A stretch of 63,629 bases of DNA, counting the filler. It is 5 parts of 5 records of this genome, joined end to end, with 100 filler letters (N's around TTAATTAATTAA, not from the genome) between each part and the next. Parts side by side here need not be neighbours in the genome. Positions count along the whole stretch, not along the records: positions 42,896 to 51,008 come from SRR31156797_14389; positions 51,109 to 58,205 come from SRR31156797_14404; 3 more parts are not named here. One strand, given 5' to 3'. A model generated the notes under the pieces. That model searched no databases. It saw only the letters and a program-made list of their open reading frames with translations, and was not told the DNA's origin. Made by a program: the position numbers and the translations under genes. Below are positions 42,896-53,412 of this stretch, in pieces. The number at the start of each line of letters is the position of its first letter. Position 1 is the stretch's first letter.

Positions 42896-45148
42896 ATCAT
42901 CCAATACTTTAACATAAGTTTCGCAAGTTCCGGTATTTCCGGAAGCATCGGTAGCCGAAACTACAACCACTACCGAATCGTTATAAACATGTATGCATTC
43001 AAATGATTTATCTTCAATTTCAATAATTAAATCCTCATAAGCAGTACAATTATCTGTTGTCCCAATAGACATATCTATTATGTCGTTTTCGTTGAGTACA
43101 TATTCTCCATTTTCATACAAATAAACTGTTAAAGGAGTACAGACAACATCCGGTGCCATGGTATCCAGAATAGTAACCTCTGCGGTATTTGAAGCTGTAT
43201 TCCCATTATAATCTTCTGCTGTAAGAGTAACTACATGAACACCAATGTCTTCGCAGTAAAAGGTATCCATATCTGTCCACATAGTGTCTATATCGCAATT
43301 ATCCCAACTTTCATTATCAATGTCTTCCGGTTCTAAAACGGCCATTCCGTTAACATCCAGGTACAATGTGTCATCGGCGGTTATTACGTGTGGAGGGAAA
43401 CTATCCTGAACAGTGATTATAGAAGTGCAGGTTGCTGTATTACCTCCTTCATCTGTTGCTGTTAAAGTAACCGAACTGCAATCAGTCCCCAGACAAACAT
43501 CGGCACAAATGAAAGAATCTCTTGATAACATAAATGTTACATCATCAGAACAATTATCATCAAAGTCCCAAAGTACATTGTTATTATCTAGATCTGTATT
43601 CATTAAATCGCTACCATCGGCAACAATTTTTGCATAACCATCAACTTCATCGTTTAGATAAATTGTTACTGCCTGGCATTCAACAGTTGGGGCAAGTGTG
43701 TCTTTTACTGTAACCAGAGAAGGACATGAATTTGTGTTCCCATGAATATCCATGGCTGTTAAAGTAACTGTTATATCGCCCATTATTTCCCAAATTGAAT
43801 CACAATCAAACGTGTATTTATCCAGCCACATGGTATCAATGTCGCAATTGTCCGAACTTCCATTGTTTATAAACGGGATAGTAGGATCTTCAAAATCAGC
43901 TGTTAATTCACCGTTTCCATCGCTATCAAGATAAACTATAGTATCGCGGCAAATCATGTCTGGTACATCATTGTCCCGAACTGTAACCGTTGTTGTACAT
44001 GTTGATGAATTACAATTGACATCAGTAACGGTTAAAGTAACTGTTGCACACGTTGAATCTATAATATTACCATCAATATTTGCACAAGCGTCGGCGCACG
44101 AGAAACTGGTGATATCTATTTCCCAAAACTCAATGCTACAAGCATCCGTACTTCCATTATCAATTGTATCCCATGTTATTGTAGCACTACCAGTGTCATC
44201 TAAATCTATGGTAATATTGTCGTTACAAACAGCTTCAGGAGGAACTGTATCCATCACAACCACAGTTGTTGAACAAGAATCAATATTTCCATTTACATCT
44301 TCAACGTATAACCAGATTGATTGGCAAGGATCCATAACCGGATCTGCAGTTGCCGATTTTAGCACGATTGCATCTACTGGAAAAGATGGAATCATGCAAC
44401 TATTCATACATACATCGCTGCAATCAAAATCCGTTTTACTTAACCACATGGTGTCAATACTGCAAGCATCAGAACTTCCATTATCAACGTCAGCAGCAGT
44501 TAATGATGCATCGCCAAACTCATCTAAATAAACATCAATCGAACCAACACATGATACATTAGGGTTAACCGTATCCATAACTGTAACATTTGCGGTACAT
44601 TGTTCAACGTTAAGCCCTGAATCGATAACCGTAAGCGTAACCGGAACAACACCAACATCGCTGCATGTAAAATCAATTTGAGATGTAGTCATGGTTATAC
44701 CACAATTATCCCAACTTCCATCGTCGATTGAATCGTTTGCAATTGTTTGTGCTCCTCCTGCATCAAGATAAACTGTAATGTCTTTACATAGTGGAACTGG
44801 AAGTTGATCATCGGATACTGTAATTGAAAATTGGCAGTGGTCTACAACAATACCACCTGGAGCGTTAAGGAAAACATCAACTAGGGATAACCCGACATTA
44901 AATTGTCCTGATGAATTCTGTGTAGTACCAGTTGTAGCTCCTGAAAAAACATATTCGTAATAGAATCCAGAAGCCAAACAACCCGAACATCCCGGGTCGT
45001 CAAAATTTATAAAGGCACTGCAGAGATCTATTGTTGCTGAAACTTCAATATCAACAGGGCAATCTTGAATTACATAAGGCTGTGCAAAAGCATTTGTTGA
45101 AAACAAAAACATTGCCAGCATAAACAACATAATGTAGAATTTTTTCAT
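42896..45148 (-). CDS. Large secreted Cys/Asp-rich HYR-like repeat protein (adhesin-like); 3' truncated
   Basis: Signal peptide MKKFYIM...AFAQ (ATG 45148); at least 7 repeats of D..P...C...T.YLD..G......ID.GS.D.C.I......F.C.D......L...D..GN...C...V.V; runs off the contig. Confidence 0.8.
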
Positions 45149-45532
45149 ACTTTGAAATTTAAGTTTATTGTATTTGTTTGATTTTAGTAGTGTTTGCAAT
45201 ATCTCTTAATATCGATTCTTCAAGTTCCGAATAATTATTGTTAAAGTCAAGTTTTTTTCCAATAAATATTTATTAACAAAAATTTCCAATAATATGTTAA
45301 TTGATAATGTGTCAGTACATTAATTAGAAATCATTTGTAAATAGCTGTAAAAATAAGGAACATTCGTTTTAATTTATATCTATTATAATTAAAAATACAT
45401 TAAATAGTTATTGACGATAAAAGCTAATTCTGTAGTTCAGAAAATAGTTATTCGACTTATAATTTCAGGAAATTTTCTTACTTTTCGCAAAAATTATATG
45501 TCATTCACTAAATAGCTTCACCTTAAATTCTT

Positions 45533-46336
45533 ATGCAAAATAAAGTGGTGGTTATTACGGGTGCTTCGTCGGGAATTGGTAAAGCACTAGCAGAAAAATA
45601 CGCTTCGAAAGGATGGAACCTTGTACTTGCAGCCCGCCGTTTAGAGAGGTTACAACAATTGGAAAAACAATTGAATAATGTTGAAGTAGTAATTGTAAAA
45701 ACCGATGTTTCCATAGAAGAAGAATGCAAAAACCTTATTGATAAGACAATTGAAAAATTTGGAAAAATAGATGTTCTCATTAACAATGCAGGGATTTCCA
45801 TGCGTGCTATTTTTGAAGATGTAGAACTTTCGGTAATGCACAAAATGATGGATGTGAACTACTGGGGAACAGTTTATTGCTCGAAATACGCATTGCCTTA
45901 TTTGCTGATAAGTAAAGGTTCGTTAGTTGGTGTAATTTCAGTTGGAGGTTATGTTGGTTTGCCGGGCAGAGCAGGTTATTCCGCTTCAAAATTTGCTGTT
46001 CGGGGATTTTTAGATACCGTAAGAACTGAGAATCTCAAAACCGGAATGCATGTCCTTGTGGCAGCACCGGGATTTACATCGTCGGAAATAAGAAAAACAG
46101 CTTTAACAGCTACAGGAAAACAACAAGGCGAAACTCCGAGAAATGAGAACAAAATGATGTCGGCCGAAGAATGTGCCGGACATATTTATAAGGCAATTAA
46201 AAAACGCAAACGTAAAATTATTTTAACCTTTGTTGAAGGAAAAGCAACCGTTTTTATTTCTAAAATATGGGCAAAACTGGTAGAATATGCCATGTATAAA
46301 ATATTCTCAAACGAACCCGACTCTCCACTCCGATAA
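45533..46336 (+). CDS. SDR family oxidoreductase
   Basis: TGASSGIG, NNAGIS, YSASK catalytic motif. Confidence 0.95.
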   Translation: MQNKVVVITGASSGIGKALAEKYASKGWNLVLAARRLERLQQLEKQLNNVEVVIVKTDVSIEEECKNLIDKTIEKFGKIDVLINNAGISMRAIFEDVELSVMHKMMDVNYWGTVYCSKYALPYLLISKGSLVGVISVGGYVGLPGRAGYSASKFAVRGFLDTVRTENLKTGMHVLVAAPGFTSSEIRKTALTATGKQQGETPRNENKMMSAEECAGHIYKAIKKRKRKIILTFVEGKATVFISKIWAKLVEYAMYKIFSNEPDSPLR

Positions 46337-46405
46337 ATTGAAACATAATAATTTACTACAATTAAATATTTTTACATTTTAGAATTAGACAAACATATAC
46401 AGAAA

Positions 46406-46942
46406 ATGGAAGAACTTACAGTTGGAACCCGTGTCGATCATCCACGTTATGGAGAAGGAATAATTAGTAAAAACAATGTAACAGCTTACGAAATATTTTT
46501 TGAAAGAGGAGGGAAAATTGAAATTACAAAACGTAATACCGATTTAAGTGTTATTGAAAAAAATGAAAATGCGCCCGCAAATTCAGGACTTTCAATTTAC
46601 GAAATCGAAAAAGTAATGAGTTATGTTCTTGATCAATATGGAGCATTAAATGAAGTAGTACCTTTGGGGGAAAAATGGATTGGAGGAACAATGTTACTGC
46701 AGCCTGAAAACAAAGATTTAAAACCCAAAGAAATTCCGATTGAAGGATTTTTTCATAAAATTGTAATGCTCCGCGACCGTTTAAGGGTTTTGGAACAAAA
46801 TATTAATAGTCATAAAGTTTTAACCGACGAAGAAAAAGTTAATCTCCAACAATATATTACACGGATTTATGGTTCTTTGACGACATTTAACATACTTTTT
46901 TCTGAAAAAGAACATTATTTTACAGGCGTTAAATCAAAATAG
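46406..46942 (+). CDS. Conserved hypothetical protein with N-terminal Tudor/SH3-like segment
   Basis: 178-aa ORF co-oriented in the operon; N-terminus VGTRVDHPRYGEGII; helical C-terminus FFHKIVMLRDRLRVLEQ. Confidence 0.75.
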   Translation: MEELTVGTRVDHPRYGEGIISKNNVTAYEIFFERGGKIEITKRNTDLSVIEKNENAPANSGLSIYEIEKVMSYVLDQYGALNEVVPLGEKWIGGTMLLQPENKDLKPKEIPIEGFFHKIVMLRDRLRVLEQNINSHKVLTDEEKVNLQQYITRIYGSLTTFNILFSEKEHYFTGVKSK

Positions 46943-46944
46943 TT

Positions 46945-47847
46945 ATGACTAAAAATTTTATATTATTTGGATTTATTTTCTGCAGTCTTTCATTATTTGC
47001 ACAGGATGAAATATTAAAAGTCTGGCCGAATGGGGCTCCGGTTCATAACGGAATGGATGAACCAGAAGTTACGTTTAGTGGCGAAATGATAAGAAATGTT
47101 TCAGAGGCAGAAATGTATATCTATTTACCTGAAAAGGAAATAAATACAGGAGCAGCCATGGTTATTTGTCCGGGGGGAGGATATATTGTAGAAGCAATGA
47201 AACACGAAGGATTTGACATTGCAAAATGGTTAAATTCAAAAGGAATAGCCGGAATTGTATTAAAATACAGGCTTCCTTATGGCCACGATGAAATACCATC
47301 GGGAGACACACGCCGCGCGATGCGAATGGTTCGTCAGAATGCAGAAGAGTGGGGGATTAACCCCGATAAAATTGGAATTGCAGGCTCTTCTGCCGGTGGA
47401 CATCTGGCATCTACTGTCGGAACAAGATTTGACCTTGGGAATGAAGATAGTTCTGAACCGTTAGATAAAATAAGTTGTCGGCCCGATTTTATGTTGTTGC
47501 TTTATCCTGTAATTACTTTTAATGAAGAATTTGGACACATGGGCTCGAGAGTTAACCTGATTAAAGAAGGAAATAATTGGGAAATGGTAAAGAAATATTC
47601 AAATGAGTTGCATGTAACACCTGAAACACCACCTACATTTCTGATTTTGACAGACGATGATGATGTGGTCCCCTCCAGAAATTCAATAGAATTTTACCTG
47701 GCTTTAAAAGAAAATAATGTGCTGGCAGAAATGCACATTTTTAGAGATGGTGGGCATGGATTTGGAATGACCCCTAAAAATCTTCCGGTAGATCTTTGGC
47801 CCGATTTATTTTATCAATGGTTAAAATCGCAGGAAATAATTAATTAA
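46945..47847 (+). CDS. Secreted alpha/beta hydrolase (acetylesterase/feruloyl esterase-like)
   Basis: ICPGGGY, LKYRLP, GSSAGGH nucleophile, RPDF..LLYPVI, GGHGFG. Confidence 0.88.
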   Translation: MTKNFILFGFIFCSLSLFAQDEILKVWPNGAPVHNGMDEPEVTFSGEMIRNVSEAEMYIYLPEKEINTGAAMVICPGGGYIVEAMKHEGFDIAKWLNSKGIAGIVLKYRLPYGHDEIPSGDTRRAMRMVRQNAEEWGINPDKIGIAGSSAGGHLASTVGTRFDLGNEDSSEPLDKISCRPDFMLLLYPVITFNEEFGHMGSRVNLIKEGNNWEMVKKYSNELHVTPETPPTFLILTDDDDVVPSRNSIEFYLALKENNVLAEMHIFRDGGHGFGMTPKNLPVDLWPDLFYQWLKSQEIIN

Positions 47848-48390
47848 ATGAGAAAAACGCATCCTTTTCGGTCGTTAAAATATTGCCCAAAATGTGGTTC
47901 GTCGGGATTTGAAAAATTGGGTGAACGTTCGTTAAAATGTACTGAATGTGGATTTCATTTTTACATAAATTCTGCAGCAGCGGTAGCTGCGCTTGTTGTT
48001 TACAAAGGTAAATTGATGCTAACAACACGTGGCGTTGAACCCGATTTTGGGAAACTCGATTTGCCAGGTGGGTTTGTCGATCCGGGAGAAAGTGCTGAAC
48101 ATGCTTTAATACGAGAATTGAAAGAAGAACTGAACTTGGAAATTAAATCATTTAATTATATCGGTTCTTTTCCTAATGAATATATTTTTTCAGATTTTTC
48201 TGTTTTTACAACCGATTTGGCATTTCTTGTTGTACCTGAATCGGTTAATAATCTGGTTGCCATGGATGATATAATCGATTTTAAATTTTACAGCGAGAAT
48301 AAGATTAATTTCGATAATATTCCTGCACCTTCCATTAAACACTTTGTAAAAGAGTACTTTCAAAATGAACGAAATAAGAACAAGGCTTAA
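47848..48390 (+). CDS. NUDIX hydrolase with N-terminal zinc ribbon
   Basis: CPKCG...CTECG; Nudix box GGFVDPGESAEHALIRELKEELNL. Confidence 0.92.
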   Translation: MRKTHPFRSLKYCPKCGSSGFEKLGERSLKCTECGFHFYINSAAAVAALVVYKGKLMLTTRGVEPDFGKLDLPGGFVDPGESAEHALIRELKEELNLEIKSFNYIGSFPNEYIFSDFSVFTTDLAFLVVPESVNNLVAMDDIIDFKFYSENKINFDNIPAPSIKHFVKEYFQNERNKNKA

Positions 48391-50146
48391 AGCTTTACGG
48401 CTTGAAATGTTAAAGTATAATTTGGATGCTTTTTATATTTCGGGAACCGATCCACATTCGAGTGAATATTTACCTGAAAGATGGCAAAGTCGTGCATTTA
48501 TTTCAGGATTTACGGGTTCGTTTGGAACAGTAATTATTACCCAGGAAGATGCAGGATTATGGACCGATTCCCGTTATTTTCTTCAGGCCGAAGAACAGTT
48601 AAAAGGATCAGGTATAAAAATGTTTAAACTCAGAGTTTCTAATGCTGTTTCTCCTGAAAACTGGCTTTCGAAAAATCTTTCTCCTGAAAGTAACGTTGGA
48701 ATTGACGCACAAACTGTTACAATCTCTGTATTTCGAAACCTGAAAAAGAGACTAAATGAAAAGGAAATAAATCTTATAAAAACATCCGATTTATTAGATA
48801 AAATATGGGAAGATCGCCCTGAAATCCCAAAACATAAAATTTTAGAGATGGGAATTGAATATACCGGATTTTCAAGAAAAGAAAAACGAGTTTTAGTCGC
48901 AGCCGAATTGAAAAAAAGAAATGCCGATTTACATGTGATTACCACACTCGATGAGTTAGCCTGGTTGTTCAACCTTAGAGGAACAGATGTAGATTATAAT
49001 CCTGTTTTTACGGGGTATGGAATAGTGGGGAAAAGCGACATGATTTTATTTACCAATAAAAATAAACTCTCAATTGAACTTAAAACAAAACTGGAAAAGG
49101 AACGAATTGTTATTAAAAATTACGATGGGTTTTTTCCTTATTTATCGGGTTTGAATAAAAAGAAAATTTTTATCGATTCATCATCGGCAAATTATTCTAT
49201 TTATGAAATTTTAAATAAATCGGGAAATGAATTGATTGAGGGTACATCGGTTGTTTCGCTATTAAAAGCACAAAAAAATAGTACCGAGTTAAAAGGATTT
49301 GAAAATGCCATGATAAAAGATGGTGTGGCTTTGGTCGAATTTCACTATTGGTTGAAGAAATCAATTGGAAATGAAAATATTACAGAATATGATGCCGGAA
49401 GAAAACTGGCTGAGTTACGTTCAAAACAAGAAGGTTTTCAGGGAGAAAGTTTTCCTCCAATTGTTGGATATAAAAGTCATGGAGCAATTGTACATTTAAG
49501 TGTTGGAGTTGATGATGCTTTGTTACTTCAGGATGAAGGATTATTACTTTTCGACTCGGGTGGGCAGTATATACATGGAACCACCGATGTTACCAGAACA
49601 GTTGCTTTGGGAAATATTTCAGCACAGCAGAAAAAAGATTTTACATTGGTTCTTAAAGGAATGATTGCATTAACATGTGCGAAATTCCCTGAAGGAACCA
49701 AGGGTTGTCATTTGGATATTCTGGCACGAAAAGCACTTTGGAAAAATGGAATTAATTATGGCCATGGTACCGGGCACGGAGTGGGACATTTTTTAAATGT
49801 TCATGAAGGGCCAATGGCAATTCGACAGGAATACAACCCGAATGCTATTGAACCTGGAATGGTGTTATCGAATGAGCCAGCCATGTACAGAACAGGAGAA
49901 TACGGAATAAGAACCGAGAATTTAATTGTTTGTGTTGAAAAAGAAGAGACTGAATATGGAAAATTTCTTGGTTTCGAAACGCTCACACTTTGCCCAATAG
50001 ATACCCGGTTAATGGAAAATAGTTTATTAAATTCGGTTGAAAAAGAGTGGTTGAATGAATATCATAAAAAAGTGAACGAAAAACTAAAACCGTATTTAAA
50101 CAAAGAATTACAGGTTTATTTGGCCGAAATAACAAAACCGGTTTAA
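48365..50146 (+). CDS. Aminopeptidase P family protein (Xaa-Pro aminopeptidase, M24B)
   Basis: DPHSSEY, WTDSRYFLQA, DSGGQY..GTTDVTRT, HGTGHGVG.FLNVHEGP, SNEP..Y..GEYGIR.EN. Confidence 0.96.
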   Translation: MNEIRTRLKALRLEMLKYNLDAFYISGTDPHSSEYLPERWQSRAFISGFTGSFGTVIITQEDAGLWTDSRYFLQAEEQLKGSGIKMFKLRVSNAVSPENWLSKNLSPESNVGIDAQTVTISVFRNLKKRLNEKEINLIKTSDLLDKIWEDRPEIPKHKILEMGIEYTGFSRKEKRVLVAAELKKRNADLHVITTLDELAWLFNLRGTDVDYNPVFTGYGIVGKSDMILFTNKNKLSIELKTKLEKERIVIKNYDGFFPYLSGLNKKKIFIDSSSANYSIYEILNKSGNELIEGTSVVSLLKAQKNSTELKGFENAMIKDGVALVEFHYWLKKSIGNENITEYDAGRKLAELRSKQEGFQGESFPPIVGYKSHGAIVHLSVGVDDALLLQDEGLLLFDSGGQYIHGTTDVTRTVALGNISAQQKKDFTLVLKGMIALTCAKFPEGTKGCHLDILARKALWKNGINYGHGTGHGVGHFLNVHEGPMAIRQEYNPNAIEPGMVLSNEPAMYRTGEYGIRTENLIVCVEKEETEYGKFLGFETLTLCPIDTRLMENSLLNSVEKEWLNEYHKKVNEKLKPYLNKELQVYLAEITKPV

Positions 50147-51007
50147 TTATCCTTTTGGAACTGTAAAACAGAATTTACTTCCAACATTGGTTTCACTTTC
50201 AACAAAAATTGCTCCGCCGTTTTTTTCTACAAATTCCTTACAGAGAATTAGTCCAAGTCCTGTTCCTTCTTCATTTGCTGTTCCCTCGCGCCTCACTTTT
50301 TCGGTAATATTAAACAATTTTGAGATTGTCTCTTTGTCCATTCCAATTCCTGAGTCGATAACACAAAATTGCCAAACATTATCTTTGTCGGTTACATCAA
50401 CGGTTATTGTTCCTTCTGGTTTTGTAAATTTTATGGCATTGGAGATAAGGTTTCTGAAAACCGTTGAAATCATATTTTGGTCGGCTTTGCAAACAATTCC
50501 GGAATTAATGTTATTAATCATTTTAATTTGCTTGCTGTCCGAATGTTGTTCCAGTACTTTCAGGTTTTCATTAACAATATGAGCTGCTTTGAATTCCGAA
50601 ACTTCCACTACAATTTTTCCGGTTTGCGACCGCGACCATTGTAATAAATTTTGAAGTAAATTAAACGTGGCTTTCGATGTTGAATTCAAATCTTTAATAA
50701 ATTCAATTTTATTGGCATCTTCAATCGCTTCCCAGTTCTCAATCATTATTTCTGTTAACCCTAAAAGTGCGTTAAACGGATTTTTCAAATCGTGTGCAAT
50801 AATCGAAAAGAATTTATCTTTCGATGCATTTGCAATGCTTAATTCTTTGGTTCTGAGCTTAACTTTTTCTTCGAGCGATGCATTCAGAATTTTTAATTCC
50901 TCGTTTTGTTTTCTGATTTTTAATTCCTGTAAAAAGCTTTTAATCGCCTCTTTTACAGTAAGTACCAGGTCGTCTTTGTCCCAGGGTTTTGCAATAAACC
51001 GATAAAG
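50147..51007 (-). CDS. Hybrid response-regulator/histidine kinase, 5' truncated
   Basis: The frame stays open to the contig edge: LYRFIAKPWDKDDL (REC C-terminus), coiled coil, IIAHDLKNPF (H-box), NLISNAIKF, DSGIG, GTGLGL. Confidence 0.9.
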   Translation of the reverse strand, partial: LYRFIAKPWDKDDLVLTVKEAIKSFLQELKIRKQNEELKILNASLEEKVKLRTKELSIANASKDKFFSIIAHDLKNPFNALLGLTEIMIENWEAIEDANKIEFIKDLNSTSKATFNLLQNLLQWSRSQTGKIVVEVSEFKAAHIVNENLKVLEQHSDSKQIKMINNINSGIVCKADQNMISTVFRNLISNAIKFTKPEGTITVDVTDKDNVWQFCVIDSGIGMDKETISKLFNITEKVRREGTANEEGTGLGLILCKEFVEKNGGAIFVESETNVGSKFCFTVPKG

Positions 51008-51008
51008 T

Positions 51009-51108
51009 NNNNNNNNNNNNNNNNNNNNNNNNNNNNNNNNNNNNNNNNNNNNTTAATTAATTAANNNNNNNNNNNNNNNNNNNNNNNNNNNNNNNNNNNN
51101 NNNNNNNN
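51009..51108. other. Artificial contig linker
   Basis: N-run with TTAATTAATTAA. Confidence 0.98.
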
Positions 51109-51109
51109 T

Positions 51110-51253
51110 GAAAATTTAGGTGAAAATGAGAGTTTAACGATCAATTTTGTCCTTCAATCAAATGAGAAAACATTTACAGAAGATGATATCAATGAGATTA
51201 TGGATAAAGTTATTGGAAAATTAAAAGATGATCTTGGAGTGGAGTTAAGATAA
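51110..51253 (+). CDS. pheT: Phenylalanine--tRNA ligase beta subunit, C-terminal fragment
   Basis: Manual translation [47 protein letters not shown] matches the end of the FDX-ACB domain; stop overlaps the aroA ATG. Confidence 0.85.
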   Translation, partial: ENLGENESLTINFVLQSNEKTFTEDDINEIMDKVIGKLKDDLGVELR

Positions 51254-52533
51254 TGAAAAATTTAACAGTTGAAAAATTAAATAAACCATTTAATGTAGTT
51301 ATTGATAATATTGCCAGTGATAAATCAATCTCTCACAGATGTGCAATGTTTTCACTACTAAGTGATAAGCCATCAACTGTTAAAAACTTCCTTCGTGGTG
51401 AAGATACTATGGATTCACTTCGAATTGCTGAAAAACTAGGCGCTACTATTGAAGATAATGGAGAGATCATCACCATCACACCTCCTCAAAATTTAAGTGA
51501 ACCAGATGATGTTTTAGATTGTGGAAATGCTGGAACTGGAATGAGACTCTACGCTGGACTACTTGCTGGAATAGAGGGAAGTTTTGTTTTAACTGGAGAT
51601 AAATACTTACGAAATAGACCTATGAAAAGAGTAGCTGATCCACTTAGATCAGTTGGAGCAAAAATCGATGGAAGAGAAGAGGGAAATAAAGCACCACTTC
51701 ATATTAGAGGGGGAAAACTTGATCCTTTTAAATACCACTCTCCAATCGATTCAGCACAAGTAAAATCAGCTCTTATTTTAGCCGCGTTAAAAGCTGATGA
51801 GAAATCTTATTATAAAGAGGATCTTTTAAGTAGAGACCATACTGAGCGAATGCTTAATGGAATGGGTGCAAATATCACTACAAATAATGATGGATGGATA
51901 GAGATAGCGCCAGTAAAAGGACCTTTAAAACCTTTAAATATTACAGTTCCAACAGACCCATCAAGTGCTTTTTTCTTTGCAGTTGCTGCTGCTATTGTAC
52001 CAAATGCATGTGTCACTTTAAAAAATGTCACATTAAATCCAACACGAATTGAAGCCTATAAAGTGCTTCAAAGAATGGGTGCAGATGTTGAATTTAAAGA
52101 GAGTGAAAACATCTACGAGCCTCTTGGAGATATTATTGTAAAACATAAAGAGCTCAACGGAGTAACTGTTGAAGAGAATATCGCGTGGCTTATTGATGAA
52201 CTACCAGCTCTTAGTATTGCTATGAGTATTGCAAATGGAAAAAGTTTAGTAAAAAATGCTAAAGAGCTTCGAGTAAAAGAGAGCGATCGAATAAGCGCTG
52301 TTGTAAACAATCTTAAACTATGTGGTGTAGGATATATTGAATATGAAGATGGATATTTAATAGAAGGAGATGCAACATTAAATAAAGCAACTATCAACTC
52401 CCATGGAGACCATAGAATCGCTATGAGCTTTGCAATTGCAGGACTTCTAGCTGGAATGGATATAGAAGATACTGAATGTATAGAAACATCATTTCCAAAC
52501 TTCCTAGAGATATTGGAAACTTTAAGAGGCTAA
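51253..52533 (+). CDS. aroA: 3-phosphoshikimate 1-carboxyvinyltransferase
   Basis: [44 protein letters not shown]. Confidence 0.99.
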   Translation: MKNLTVEKLNKPFNVVIDNIASDKSISHRCAMFSLLSDKPSTVKNFLRGEDTMDSLRIAEKLGATIEDNGEIITITPPQNLSEPDDVLDCGNAGTGMRLYAGLLAGIEGSFVLTGDKYLRNRPMKRVADPLRSVGAKIDGREEGNKAPLHIRGGKLDPFKYHSPIDSAQVKSALILAALKADEKSYYKEDLLSRDHTERMLNGMGANITTNNDGWIEIAPVKGPLKPLNITVPTDPSSAFFFAVAAAIVPNACVTLKNVTLNPTRIEAYKVLQRMGADVEFKESENIYEPLGDIIVKHKELNGVTVEENIAWLIDELPALSIAMSIANGKSLVKNAKELRVKESDRISAVVNNLKLCGVGYIEYEDGYLIEGDATLNKATINSHGDHRIAMSFAIAGLLAGMDIEDTECIETSFPNFLEILETLRG

Positions 52534-52534
52534 A

Positions 52535-53362
52535 GTGAAAGTCAAACTTGCCTCTAGCTATGGATTTTGCTTTGGTGTAAAACGAGCTATTAATATCGCA
52601 GAACAACACCAAAATAGTGCTACTATGGGACCACTTATCCATAATCAAAAAGAGATAGATAGATTAAAAACAGATTTTCATGTGGGACTTTATCAAAATC
52701 TTGATGATGTTGAAAAAAATGATACAGTTATCATACGAACTCATGGAATTCCAAAAAATGATCTTCAAGCTTTAAAATCAAAAAATGCAAAAGTGATCAA
52801 TGCAACCTGTCCATTTGTTACAACACCACAACAGATCGTTAAAAAAATGTCTACTGAGGGGTATAGTATCTTGATCTTTGGAGATGAAAATCACCCTGAA
52901 GTAAAGGGGGTTAAGAGCTATTGTGAAGATGATATCCATGTGATTTTAGAGCCAAGTGAACTTAAAAATATCACGTTTAAATATGATAAAATAGCAACCG
53001 TTGCCCAAACTACGAGAAAAAAAGAGAAATATTTAGAGATCGTAAATGCTCTTATTTTAAAAAACAAAGAGGTTCGCGTCTTTAATACCATTTGTGATGC
53101 AACCTTTGAAAACCAAGATGCTGTTCATGAACTTTCCCATGAGGTTGATATTATGATAGTGATTGGTGGAAAAAACTCTTCAAATACTAAACAACTCCTT
53201 ATGATCGCAGAGGAAAACTGCAAGAATAGTTACTTAATTGAGGATGAAACTGAACTAAACTTTGAATGGTTTGAGGGGAAAAAACTTTGCGGTGTTACTG
53301 CAGGAGCGTCTACTCCAGATTGGATTATAAAAAAAGTTATCAGCCAAATCGAACTATATTAA
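52535..53362 (+). CDS. ispH: 4-hydroxy-3-methylbut-2-enyl diphosphate reductase
   Basis: GFCFGVKRA, ATCPFV, HPEV, NTICDAT..NQ, SSNT, TAGASTP. Confidence 0.98.
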   Translation: MKVKLASSYGFCFGVKRAINIAEQHQNSATMGPLIHNQKEIDRLKTDFHVGLYQNLDDVEKNDTVIIRTHGIPKNDLQALKSKNAKVINATCPFVTTPQQIVKKMSTEGYSILIFGDENHPEVKGVKSYCEDDIHVILEPSELKNITFKYDKIATVAQTTRKKEKYLEIVNALILKNKEVRVFNTICDATFENQDAVHELSHEVDIMIVIGGKNSSNTKQLLMIAEENCKNSYLIEDETELNFEWFEGKKLCGVTAGASTPDWIIKKVISQIELY

Positions 53363-53412
53363 GCCACCTTTAGATATAATGACAATTATTTAAATAAAAG
53401 GGTAGGCAAGTA

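Noticed and set aside
43956-44531. 191-aa Ser/Thr/Val-rich + strand ORF
   Set aside because: Antisense mirror of the repeat protein's biased codons.
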